DNA of 64,000 nt from Candidatus Nealsonbacteria bacterium (GTDB lineage Bacteria > Patescibacteriota > Minisyncoccia > Minisyncoccales > JANBVM01), in NCBI GenBank assembly GCA_047456295.1, contig CP179887.1, positions 45,944 to 109,943 of the forward strand. Direction: 5' to 3'. Made by a program: the position numbers and the translations under genes. The notes under the pieces were generated by a model, which made no database searches, had not been told where the DNA came from, and saw only the letters and a program-made list of their open reading frames with translations. Shown in pieces: positions 27,083-35,658 of the stretch (the stretch's first letter is position 1; the number at the start of each line of letters is the position of its first letter).

Positions 27083-27108
27083 TACGTATTTAACAATCCA
27101 TAAATTAA

Positions 27109-27678
27109 ATGGACTATAAAAAGCTTTTTTTTACTATTTTAATTATCATCTTCGGAGTTATTTTTCGCATTTTTTTGAATGAAACAATAGGTATTCCTAA
27201 TTTTGAAGCAGTAACTGCTTTATCTTTGCTTTCAGGGGTGTTTGTGGGAGGTGTTTACAGTATTTTAATTCCCCTTTCCATCATGTTTTTTTCTGACCTT
27301 TATTTTGGCAATACCTTTATTTATCTTTTTACCTGGTCAGCCTTTGTCTTGATTGGAATTTCTGGTAATATATTCAAGAGGGATTCTAAACATTATTTGC
27401 TTAAAATTACAGGTTCAGGAGTTTTGTCTGTTTTATTTTTTTATTTGTGGACGAATCTTGGCTGGTGGCTGATTTCTGGGATGTATCCCATGAGTTTTTC
27501 AGGTTTGATTCAATGTTATATTGCTGCCCTTGCTTTTTTAAAGAATCAACTTATTTCCGTGATTCTTTTTGTTCCTGGTTTCAATGTTATTTTTTCTTTT
27601 CTTATTGATAAGGTTTTTTCTTCTTCTCAAAAGGTAAAAAAGCATGGAACCTTTATTTTACCCGAAATTAATCATTAA
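27109..27678 (+). CDS. Multi-pass membrane protein, possible vitamin-uptake (ECF-S-like) component
   Basis: 5-6 predicted TM helices and a PNFEAVTALSLLSG motif. Adjacent to the DUF4430 gene. Function is inferred only. Confidence 0.4.
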   Translation: MDYKKLFFTILIIIFGVIFRIFLNETIGIPNFEAVTALSLLSGVFVGGVYSILIPLSIMFFSDLYFGNTFIYLFTWSAFVLIGISGNIFKRDSKHYLLKITGSGVLSVLFFYLWTNLGWWLISGMYPMSFSGLIQCYIAALAFLKNQLISVILFVPGFNVIFSFLIDKVFSSSQKVKKHGTFILPEINH

Positions 27679-27699
27679 GATTATATTATTTTAATTTAT

Positions 27700-28266
27700 A
27701 TGATTCTTTCTGACAGAGACATCAAAAAATATATTAAAATGGGTAAGATTAAAATAAATCCCGAACCTGATTTTAAAAAACAGTTAGGTTCAGCTTCTTT
27801 AGATTTAAGACTGGGAAATGAATTCAGGGTTTTTAACCACGTAAAAAAACCGTTTATTGATACCAAAGATCCAAAGACTTTTAAGAATATAACCCATTTG
27901 ATAAAGATAAAAGATAAAGAACCTTTTGTTTTCCAGCCAGGCCAATTTATTTTAGGGGTGACCTTAGAGGAGATTTCTCTGCCCGATGGCGTGGCAGCCA
28001 GGGTTGATGGAAGGAGCAGCATTGGAAGACTGGGAATTGTTGTTCATTCCACTGCCGGACATGTTGATGCCGGATTTAGGGGAAGAATTAATCTTGAGAT
28101 GGAGAATATTGGAATGATGCCCGTTCTTTTGTATCCTGGAACAAGGATCTGCCAGTTGGTTTTTGAATTGCTTTCTTCACCAGCTGAGATTCCTTATTAC
28201 AAAAAGAAAGGGGCAAAATATTTAGGAACAAAATCCCCGGAAGAAAGCAAGCTTGAAAAAATATGA
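27700..28266 (+). CDS. dcd: dCTP deaminase
   Basis: MILSDRDI start, SLDLRLG, GRSSIGRLG and PGTRICQLVF motifs. Confidence 0.9.
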   Translation: MILSDRDIKKYIKMGKIKINPEPDFKKQLGSASLDLRLGNEFRVFNHVKKPFIDTKDPKTFKNITHLIKIKDKEPFVFQPGQFILGVTLEEISLPDGVAARVDGRSSIGRLGIVVHSTAGHVDAGFRGRINLEMENIGMMPVLLYPGTRICQLVFELLSSPAEIPYYKKKGAKYLGTKSPEESKLEKI

Positions 28267-29093
28267 ATGATTGGCCCAAGGTAGAAGGAAGATATAAAGT
28301 GGGAAACAAGACCTCTCCCATTGCTGTTTGTACCAATGCCAGTATTGATGACATAGAGATTGACCTTAAAAAAATAGCAATTATTGGAAAGTGTGTTACA
28401 GAGAACATTGGCATTGAAAAGATAATCCAGAATATAGTTTCCAATCCTAATATAAGGTATTTGATTCTTTGCGGAAAGAAATCAAAGGGTCATTTTATCT
28501 CCCAGGCAATTGAATCTTTAAAGAAAAATGGCATTGACCAAGATAAGAGAATCATTGGAGCTGCAGGCAACATGCCTTATTTAAGAAATATTGATGAAGA
28601 ATTAATTGAAAGGTTCAGGAAACAGGTAGAAATAATCAATATGGCAGGGGAGACCAACAGCCAAAAAATTGAAACAATGGTAGATAAATTATTAGAAGGA
28701 AAAACAGAGGAGTTTAAAGGTGAAGCTGTTCAAATTAAAAAAACAGAGGAGATTGAAGCTAAACCAGCAAAATGGATTGCTGACCCTAAAGGTTATTTTG
28801 TAATATCCCTTAACAATGAAAGAACTAAGATTATGGTTGATCATTATATAAAAGGGGAGATCAACAAAAGAATTATTGGCAAGAATGCCAAGGAAATCTG
28901 TGATACCATTGCCAGATTAAAACTCATAGGAGAGTTTGAACAGTCTTTGGAGCATTCCATGTATTTGGGAAGAGAACTTGAAAAAGCAGAAATAGCCTTA
29001 AGGGAAAACCTTGATTTTGAACAGGACAAGGAATTAAAAATTAAAAAGCTTAAAAAACAAGAGCCAACCAATGAATACGGTTGGTTTGATTAA
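28263..29093 (+). CDS. MtrA-like (corrinoid-protein fold) plus DUF4346 fusion protein
   Basis: WPxVEGRYKVGN...PIAVCT...TENIGIEKIIQNIVSNPNIRYLILCGKKSKGH matches the MtrA family core. The C-terminal half (DPKGYFVI...HSMYLGRELEKAE) is DUF4346-like. ATGA overlap with dcd. Confidence 0.65.
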   Translation: MNDWPKVEGRYKVGNKTSPIAVCTNASIDDIEIDLKKIAIIGKCVTENIGIEKIIQNIVSNPNIRYLILCGKKSKGHFISQAIESLKKNGIDQDKRIIGAAGNMPYLRNIDEELIERFRKQVEIINMAGETNSQKIETMVDKLLEGKTEEFKGEAVQIKKTEEIEAKPAKWIADPKGYFVISLNNERTKIMVDHYIKGEINKRIIGKNAKEICDTIARLKLIGEFEQSLEHSMYLGRELEKAEIALRENLDFEQDKELKIKKLKKQEPTNEYGWFD

Positions 29094-29871
29094 AAATATG
29101 TATCAAACAAGAATAATTGCAGCTAAAAATTTAGGTCAGGCATGGGAAAGAGCCTGTATCTTAATAATGAAAGAAGGACATAATCGTTATGTTCAGGCCC
29201 CTGAATATAAAATTGAAACAAGGGATTTGCCTTTGATGATAAAGGTGTCAGAACCTTTTTCAGAGCCAAGACTTTCTTTGAAATCCAATGTTAAAAAAGA
29301 ACAGGCTGATGACTATTCCAAAAAACTGCTTTTTGGGAGCGGAAAAGAAAAAGAAAACAGTTTTGATTATACCTATTTTTCTCGGCTTCGTTGTTATCCT
29401 GATTGCCGGGTGAGGGCTTTTTTGCCCAGTATTACAGAATCAAAAGAAGAACTGGAACAGGAGGTAAGAAAGGTTTCTCCTGACGGTAAATGTCTGGTTG
29501 AGAGAATTGACCAGGTGGAAAAAGCAATTAAGATTTTAAAGAAAGATCCAACCCGTCGGACAGTTGTTCTTCATACCTGGATTCCTTACAGGGATTTGAT
29601 GAAATTTGGACCTAAGAGAGAAGACACCTCTTCTCCCTGCGTGGTTTTGGTTTATCCTCAACTGGTTGATGGGAAATTGCACATGTTTATTGTAATGAAA
29701 ACCAATGATTTATATAATGCCTGGCCTGAGAATGCCTATGCCCTTACCAATCTCCAGAAACATATAGCTGATGAATTGGGGGTTGAAACTGGAACCTATA
29801 CCCATTTTTCTGTGAGTATGCATATTTATAAAGACATGTTTGAGGAAGTAAAAAGGAAATTTAATCTTTAA
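29071..29871 (+). CDS. Thymidylate-synthase-like protein 3 (Asn at the specificity position; RR dyad present)
   Basis: DPTRRTVVLHTW, SPC(190)VV, MK(210)TND(213), WPEN(221) and SMHIYKD. Overlaps the upstream gene; an alternative ATG lies at 29098. Confidence 0.7.
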   Translation: MNTVGLIKNMYQTRIIAAKNLGQAWERACILIMKEGHNRYVQAPEYKIETRDLPLMIKVSEPFSEPRLSLKSNVKKEQADDYSKKLLFGSGKEKENSFDYTYFSRLRCYPDCRVRAFLPSITESKEELEQEVRKVSPDGKCLVERIDQVEKAIKILKKDPTRRTVVLHTWIPYRDLMKFGPKREDTSSPCVVLVYPQLVDGKLHMFIVMKTNDLYNAWPENAYALTNLQKHIADELGVETGTYTHFSVSMHIYKDMFEEVKRKFNL

Positions 29872-29909
29872 GAATAAAAAACTTAATATTAGGGAATTAA
29901 GTTTTAGGA

Positions 29910-29933
29910 GTTCGAATCTCGTCGTCCCCACCA
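29910..29933 (+). repeat. tRNA-Asp 3'-end fragment with CCA (att-like relic)
   Basis: GTTCGAaTCTCGTCGTCCCCaCCA compared with the genuine GTTCGAgTCTCGTCGTCCCCg at 11913-11934. No 5' half of a tRNA lies upstream. Confidence 0.75.
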
Positions 29934-29940
29934 TTTCGGG

Positions 29941-29963
29941 CCCGAGCATTTGGCTCGGGTTTT
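29941..29963 (+). terminator. Intrinsic terminator
   Basis: CCCGAGC-ATTTG-GCTCGGG followed by TTTT. Confidence 0.7.
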
Positions 29964-30043
29964 AGGTTTGACAAAAACTAAAAGATGGGGTAAAAGTAGA
30001 TAGATTAAAATTACAATTAAAAGTGTGGAGGTTAAGGATAAAA

Positions 30044-30370
30044 ATGTTTAGGAAAAAAAGGAAAAAAACAGAAATTAAAGAAAGAAAGGAAATTAAAGAG
30101 ACTAGAAAAATTGAGAAGGTAGCTATAAAAACAAATGAATTTACCAAGGGCACCTCAATCAAAATCTTCTTTCCCAATAGAGAAGAAGATAACATATGGC
30201 TTACTTCTGTAGATAAGCGCTTGAAACCTTATTCTGAATCTCAGATTAGAAGAATCTGGTCCGATTGTCAGAATCAGATAAAAGCAATGGATTCTGAGAT
30301 TCCTGTGGTATTTCATGAAATAGTTCGAAAACTTAACGAAGCTATTAAAAAGAGAGGAATAGATATCTGA
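30044..30370 (+). CDS. Small hypothetical protein with Lys-rich N-terminus
   Basis: ORF downstream of TTGACA (29968-73). ATG at 30044 preferred over the GTG at 30023. No motif recognised. Confidence 0.4.
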   Translation: MFRKKRKKTEIKERKEIKETRKIEKVAIKTNEFTKGTSIKIFFPNREEDNIWLTSVDKRLKPYSESQIRRIWSDCQNQIKAMDSEIPVVFHEIVRKLNEAIKKRGIDI

Positions 30371-30464
30371 ATAGCTAAATGTTGGTGGTTTCTAGATTTA
30401 TTTTATATAGGGAAAAAAGAACTATATCGAGAAAATAATTATTTTTTCTTTCTTTTTTCCGCTT

Positions 30465-30504
30465 TTTTTCAAGCCCATAATCATAGATTGTGGTTTTGAA
30501 AAAG
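30465..30504 (+). repeat. Motif X copy 2
   Basis: TTTTTCAAGCCCATAAtcatagatTGTGgTTTTGAAAAAG. See copy 1 at 12276-12313. Confidence 0.6.
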
Positions 30505-30531
30505 AAAATTAAAGGAAAAGAAGATTAGAAC

Positions 30532-30561
30532 AAAAACTGTCTATTAGTATAGGCAGTTTTT
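30532..30561 (+). terminator. Intrinsic terminator
   Basis: A-run, CTGTCTA-TTAGTA-TAGGCAG hairpin, then T-run. Confidence 0.65.
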
Positions 30562-30588
30562 GTGTTATAATATGTGTATAATAAAACA

Positions 30589-31206
30589 ATGGAGAAGAAT
30601 ACTTTTCCTGGAAAATTTATTGTTTTTGAAGGATTGGATGGTTCAGGGCAATCAACCCAGTCAGGACTTTTAAAGGATTTTTTATTGAAAAAAGGATATA
30701 ATATTCTTCTTGCAAAGGAACCTACCTTAGATTCTGAAGCTGGGAGAAAGATCAGAAAAGTTTTGAGGAAAGAATTAAAAATACCTCCCCAGGAACTACA
30801 AGAATTGTTTGTTCAAGATAGAAAGGAACATCTGGAAAAAACCATTATTCCTGCTTTAAAACAAGGGAAAACAGTTATTTCTGACCGTTATTTTCTCTCT
30901 TCCCTTGCTTATGGAACATCTGAAGGCCTTGATTTGGAATGGTTAATTGAGATTAACAGCCAATTTCTTTTTCCTGATATAATTTTCCTTTTAAAGGTGA
31001 ATCCTGAAACTTGTATTAAAAGGGCTAAAAAGAGAAATATCAAAATTACCCTTTTTGAAGAAAAAGAAAAGTTAGCTATGGTTTGGCAAACTTATGAAAT
31101 CTTGCCAGCTCGATTTGAGAATATTTATGTTATCGATGGAGAAAAATCCATTGAAAAAGTTTTTGAACAAATAAAGAATATATTAAATAAAAAGCTAAAT
31201 TTATGA
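30589..31206 (+). CDS. tmk: Thymidylate kinase
   Basis: FIVFEGLDGSGQST P-loop and DRYFLSSLAYG. TGTGTATAAT ends 6 nt before the ATG at 30589, so the transcript looks leaderless. Confidence 0.85.
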   Translation: MEKNTFPGKFIVFEGLDGSGQSTQSGLLKDFLLKKGYNILLAKEPTLDSEAGRKIRKVLRKELKIPPQELQELFVQDRKEHLEKTIIPALKQGKTVISDRYFLSSLAYGTSEGLDLEWLIEINSQFLFPDIIFLLKVNPETCIKRAKKRNIKITLFEEKEKLAMVWQTYEILPARFENIYVIDGEKSIEKVFEQIKNILNKKLNL

Positions 31207-31877
31207 AAAAGATAAACAAAAAAAATATTGCCAGAATCATTGACCACACCAATATCAAGCTTGAAGCAAAAGCCAAAGACATTAAAAAGACCTGTCAGGA
31301 GGCAAAACAGTATGGTTTCAGGTCGGTATGTGTCAATCCTAAATGGGTGAGATTAGCCAAGAAACAACTAGAGGGAACCAAGGTTAAAATAGTTGTTTTA
31401 ATTGATGCTCCCATGGGTTTAAGCTCTCATCAAAAAAGAATGAGAATATGTAAAAAAACAAAGAAACATGGGGCAGATGAACTGGATGTAGTAATGAATA
31501 TTGTTGATTTAAAATATGGAAGATATGATAAGGTTTTAAAAGATTTGAAAGGAATTTGTAGTATTTTACCCACAAAAGTAATCATTGGTTCAGGTTATCT
31601 GACAGATGACGAGATTAAGAAAGCTTCTAAGATTGTTAAGAAAGCTGGAGCTTTTTGTGTTAAAACAGCAACCTCAAAAGACCCTTTGGAAAATCGAGAA
31701 ATAAAAGAAAAAGTCTATCATCTGAAAATAATGAAAAAATCAGCTCCTGGTCTTTCAATTAAAGCCTCAGGAAAAATCAGAACCTTAAGCGATGTTAAGG
31801 CAGCTGTGAAAGCTGGAGCTGACATTATTGGTACCAGTTCCGGGATAAAGATAATAAAACAAATCTCTAAAAGATAA
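31203..31877 (+). CDS. deoC: Deoxyribose-phosphate aldolase
   Basis: IDHTNIK, VCVNP, Schiff-base VKTATS region and IGTSSG tail. Confidence 0.85.
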   Translation: MKKINKKNIARIIDHTNIKLEAKAKDIKKTCQEAKQYGFRSVCVNPKWVRLAKKQLEGTKVKIVVLIDAPMGLSSHQKRMRICKKTKKHGADELDVVMNIVDLKYGRYDKVLKDLKGICSILPTKVIIGSGYLTDDEIKKASKIVKKAGAFCVKTATSKDPLENREIKEKVYHLKIMKKSAPGLSIKASGKIRTLSDVKAAVKAGADIIGTSSGIKIIKQISKR

Positions 31878-31883
31878 TCCTTT

Positions 31884-33356
31884 ATGGAAAAATCTCGATT
31901 CCAGCCCGTGATAGGATTGGAAATACATGTTGAGTTAAAAACAAAAACCAAGATGTTTTGTTCTTGTTTGAATAACCCTGATGAAAGGCATCCCAATGTT
32001 AATGTATGTCCCATATGCCTGTCGCATCCAGGAACACTTCCAGTAATAAATAAGGAAGCTGTGAAAAAGGTTATAAAAACAGGCTTGGCATTGAATTGTG
32101 AAGCATCAACAGCTTCAAAATTTGATAGAAAGAATTATTTTTATCCAGATCTGCCAAAGGGATATCAAATATCTCAGTATGACATGCCTCTTTGTAAAAA
32201 GGGATTTTTGCAGATAGGGAAGAGGAAGATTAAAATAACTAGGGTTCATTTAGAAGAAGATACAGGGAGACTTATTCATCCTCAAGGTAAAGATTACAGC
32301 CTGGTGGATTTTAATCGGGCAGGCATTCCTTTAATGGAATTGGTTACTGAACCTGACCTCACTTCTGCTTTGGAAGCGAGAAGGTTTGCCCAAGAGCTTC
32401 AACTGATTTTTCGATATCTTGGTGTGTCTGATGCTGATATGGAAAAAGGACAAATGAGGGTAGAAGCTAACATCTCACTCTCTCCTAAAGATGCAAAATC
32501 CAGGACTCAACCTTTAGGTAACAAGGTAGAGGTTAAAAACCTTAATTCTTTTAAAGCAGTAGAGAGAGCAATTGATTACGAGATTGAAAGACAGGCAAAA
32601 ATTTTACAAGGAGGAAAGAAAGTTTTACTAGAAACAAGAGGCTGGAATGCTGTAAAGGAGATAACATTTTCTCAAAGAAAAAAAGAGGAAGCTCATGATT
32701 ACCGTTATTTCCCTGAACCTGATTTACCTTCACTTCATTTCACAAAAGAAGATATTAAAGGAATCAAGAGCGGGATTCCTGAGCTACCTCAAGCCAGAAG
32801 AGAAAGGTTGGCCAAAGAATATAAACTGGGTAAAGAAGCAGTTGAATTTTTCGTTCAAAATAAAGATTTGGGAGAGTATTTTGAAAAGGTGGTTAGCGAA
32901 TTTGAATCAAGGATATCCAGGGAAAAACTCTCTGCTTTAATAACTTTGGCAACCAATTATATGATTAGTGATTTACAGGGGTTATTAAAAGAAGCCGGTA
33001 TTTCTGATGAAGATTTTTTGATTACTCCGGAAAACTTTGCCGAATTCATTTCTTTATTAGAGGGTAAAAAAATATCAAGCAAAATTGCCAAGACCGTTCT
33101 TTCAGAGATGTTTGAAACCGGAGCTGATCCTTCTCAAATTATTGAAGAAAAAGGATTGTCTAAGATAACCGATGGGGTTGTGATTACAGATACTGCCAGT
33201 GAAGTAATTTCAGAGAATCCAGAAGCAGTTAAAGATTATAGAAAAGGAAAGAAAAATGCCCTTGAGTTTTTAATAGGGCAGATGATGGTAAAAGAAAAAG
33301 GAAGAATAGATCCTGAGACTGCTCGAAAAGAAATAGAGAAAAAGCTCAAAACTTAA
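31884..33356 (+). CDS. gatB: Asp/Glu-tRNA amidotransferase subunit B
   Basis: VIGLEIHVEL, KMFCSC, DRKNYFYPDLPKGYQISQ and a C-terminal GatB_Yqey domain. Confidence 0.9.
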   Translation: MEKSRFQPVIGLEIHVELKTKTKMFCSCLNNPDERHPNVNVCPICLSHPGTLPVINKEAVKKVIKTGLALNCEASTASKFDRKNYFYPDLPKGYQISQYDMPLCKKGFLQIGKRKIKITRVHLEEDTGRLIHPQGKDYSLVDFNRAGIPLMELVTEPDLTSALEARRFAQELQLIFRYLGVSDADMEKGQMRVEANISLSPKDAKSRTQPLGNKVEVKNLNSFKAVERAIDYEIERQAKILQGGKKVLLETRGWNAVKEITFSQRKKEEAHDYRYFPEPDLPSLHFTKEDIKGIKSGIPELPQARRERLAKEYKLGKEAVEFFVQNKDLGEYFEKVVSEFESRISREKLSALITLATNYMISDLQGLLKEAGISDEDFLITPENFAEFISLLEGKKISSKIAKTVLSEMFETGADPSQIIEEKGLSKITDGVVITDTASEVISENPEAVKDYRKGKKNALEFLIGQMMVKEKGRIDPETARKEIEKKLKT

Positions 33357-34252
33357 TTTTTTAAAAATTCTTTTACTAAGTTTTCAGCCTCCGGGTATTT
33401 TTTTATCCAATGAATTCTTTTATCTCTTTTAAACCAGGTCATTTGTCTCTTGGCAAATTGTAGGGTGTGATATTTAATAGTGTTTTTTACTTCTTTGTTT
33501 TCCTTTGTTGTAAGAGGAAAAGAAGGCCATTCTAGATAGCCAATTGTTTGGAGTAAAAGAAGTTTACCGTATTTTTTCCTTAAATCTTCAACCTCTTTTT
33601 CCAATCCTGATTTAAACATACTCTTTGTTCTTGTTGAGATTCTTTTTTTTAATTCCTCTTTCGATAACTTTATTCCAATCTGGAGAATATTGAAAAGAGG
33701 TTTTCCTTTCTTTCTCTGTCCCCAAAATGGTTTTTTTGTTACCTTACAAACCTCAATTGCCCTGATTAATCTTCTTTTGTTTTCTTTGTCAATGAATTCT
33801 GCTCCTCTGGGGTCTAATTTCTTATAAATCTTAAACAATTCTTCCTTGGTTTTTTCCATTAACTCTTTCCTTATCTTTTTTTGGGGTGAAACCTCTGGGA
33901 AGATGACATTATCAATGATTGACTGAATGTAGAGGCCTGTTCCTCCAACTAAAAAAGGAACCTTTTTCTTTTTTTGAATATCTTTAATGGTCTGAATAGC
34001 CATTTTTTTATACAGGGCCACATTAAATTTTTCGTTTGGATAAATAATATCAATTAAGTGGTGGGGGATAGCTTTCATTTCTTTTTTGGTTGGTTTTGCT
34101 GTTCCAACAGTCATTTCTTTATAAATCTGTCTTGAATCAGCTGAAACAATTTCTCCTTTAAATTCCTTGGCTAATTTTATTGCCAAGCCTGTTTTTCCGG
34201 TAGCTGTAGGTCCCAATATGACGATTAATTTTGGTAATTTGTTGTTTTTCAT
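33353..34252 (-). CDS. miaA: tRNA dimethylallyltransferase
   Basis: ILGPTATGKT P-loop, SADSRQIYKEM, GGTGLY. Confidence 0.9.
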   Translation of the reverse strand: MKNNKLPKLIVILGPTATGKTGLAIKLAKEFKGEIVSADSRQIYKEMTVGTAKPTKKEMKAIPHHLIDIIYPNEKFNVALYKKMAIQTIKDIQKKKKVPFLVGGTGLYIQSIIDNVIFPEVSPQKKIRKELMEKTKEELFKIYKKLDPRGAEFIDKENKRRLIRAIEVCKVTKKPFWGQRKKGKPLFNILQIGIKLSKEELKKRISTRTKSMFKSGLEKEVEDLRKKYGKLLLLQTIGYLEWPSFPLTTKENKEVKNTIKYHTLQFAKRQMTWFKRDKRIHWIKKYPEAENLVKEFLKN

Positions 34253-34262
34253 CTTCCAGGAA

Positions 34263-35588
34263 TTAAACTTTACTCTTTAAGATTCCCTTTAGTCCCCAGG
34301 GCAGGACATCAATAATTTTCACTTTCAAGAAGCGACCAATTAAACTGCTGGTTAATGTTTTGTCTGGTATTTTGATTTTTACTGTTTTATGGGTTCTGGT
34401 TTTACCGTATAAAAAGCCCTTTTTGTGTTCATTCACTAAAACCTCCACTTGTTTTTTAAGATATTTTCTATTGTTTTTTAAAGCAGTTTTGCTTAATACT
34501 ACTGTCAGGGTTTTCCATCTTCGCTCCTTTTCTTTTTTAGGAACGTTATCTTCCATTAAAGCTGCTTTGGTTGCAGGTCTTAGAGAATACTGGGAGATAT
34601 ATGCCATATCAAACTTAATCTCTTTGAAGAGTTTCATTGTATTTTTAAATTGTTTTTTAGTTTCTCCTGGAAAACCGACAATAACATCGGTTGATAAGCT
34701 AATATCTGGTATTTTTTGACGAATCTTTTTTACCAAACTTTTGTATTCTTTAATGTTATATTGCCGATTCATCATTTTTAAAATCTTATCGTCTCCTGAT
34801 TGAACAGGAAGGTTTAGATATTCTGTTATCTTTTTACATCTTGATATTTTTTCAATTAATTCCCCAGAGAAATCTTTAGGATTGGAGCTTGTAAACCTGA
34901 CCCAGAAATTACCTGGTATATTATTTATCATTTCCAATATCTCAGGGAAATTTATTGAAGAATTACTTGGGGATTGATAATCATTAATATTTTGGCCCAA
35001 AAGCCAGACTTCTTTGACACCTTTTTTAATTGAGTTTTCAGCTTCCTTTAATATGTCTTTATGGCATCGGCAGACCAGAGGACCGCGGGTAAAAGGAACA
35101 ACACAATAACTGCATAAATTATTGCAACCTGTTGAAATAGGGATAAGGGTGGAAAAATCTTTGGAGTATTGCGGAGAGATATTAAGATAATTTGCGTCAA
35201 ATTTTTCATTGAATTGAGAGTCTCTTTGGTTTAAATAAAGGAAATGACTTTTTCTTTTTAATATCTCTGGCCAGTACTTTAAGGTTTTAACAGGGAGAAT
35301 AAAGTCAAAGAAATCTTTAAATTTTCTAAAGTCTTTTTTTAAAAAACATCCTGTTAAGATAGTTTTAATAGCCTGTTTGTTTTTTCTTAAACCCTTAAAC
35401 TTTTGGGAAAGACCGTAAATCCTATCGACAGCTGATTGTCTTACCGAACACATATTGACAATAATCAAATCAGCCTCATTTATTGTTGAAGCTGATTTAT
35501 ATCCCATTTTTTCTATCACAGAGGCAAGTCTTTCAGAGTCAGATTTATTCATCTGACATCCGTAAGTAACAATAAGGTATTTTTTCAT
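34263..35588 (-). CDS. miaB: tRNA-i6A37 methylthiotransferase
   Basis: TYGCQMN UPF0004 start, CNNLCSYCVVP radical-SAM motif and a C-terminal TRAM domain. Start set at the internal MKKYLIV. Confidence 0.85.
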   Translation of the reverse strand: MKKYLIVTYGCQMNKSDSERLASVIEKMGYKSASTINEADLIIVNMCSVRQSAVDRIYGLSQKFKGLRKNKQAIKTILTGCFLKKDFRKFKDFFDFILPVKTLKYWPEILKRKSHFLYLNQRDSQFNEKFDANYLNISPQYSKDFSTLIPISTGCNNLCSYCVVPFTRGPLVCRCHKDILKEAENSIKKGVKEVWLLGQNINDYQSPSNSSINFPEILEMINNIPGNFWVRFTSSNPKDFSGELIEKISRCKKITEYLNLPVQSGDDKILKMMNRQYNIKEYKSLVKKIRQKIPDISLSTDVIVGFPGETKKQFKNTMKLFKEIKFDMAYISQYSLRPATKAALMEDNVPKKEKERRWKTLTVVLSKTALKNNRKYLKKQVEVLVNEHKKGFLYGKTRTHKTVKIKIPDKTLTSSLIGRFLKVKIIDVLPWGLKGILKSKV

Positions 35589-35658
35589 ATCATTTTCTTT
35601 ATAACAGAAAAACAGCCCCTGACAAGGCTGTTTTCTATTATTTTTCAAAACTTTCCCT

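Noticed and set aside
27700-28266. dCTP deaminase as an anti-phage nucleotide-depletion defence gene.
   Set aside because: At 188 aa it is a canonical housekeeping Dcd without the extra N-terminal kinase-like domain of the defensive versions. It is also operonic with thymidylate-pathway genes.
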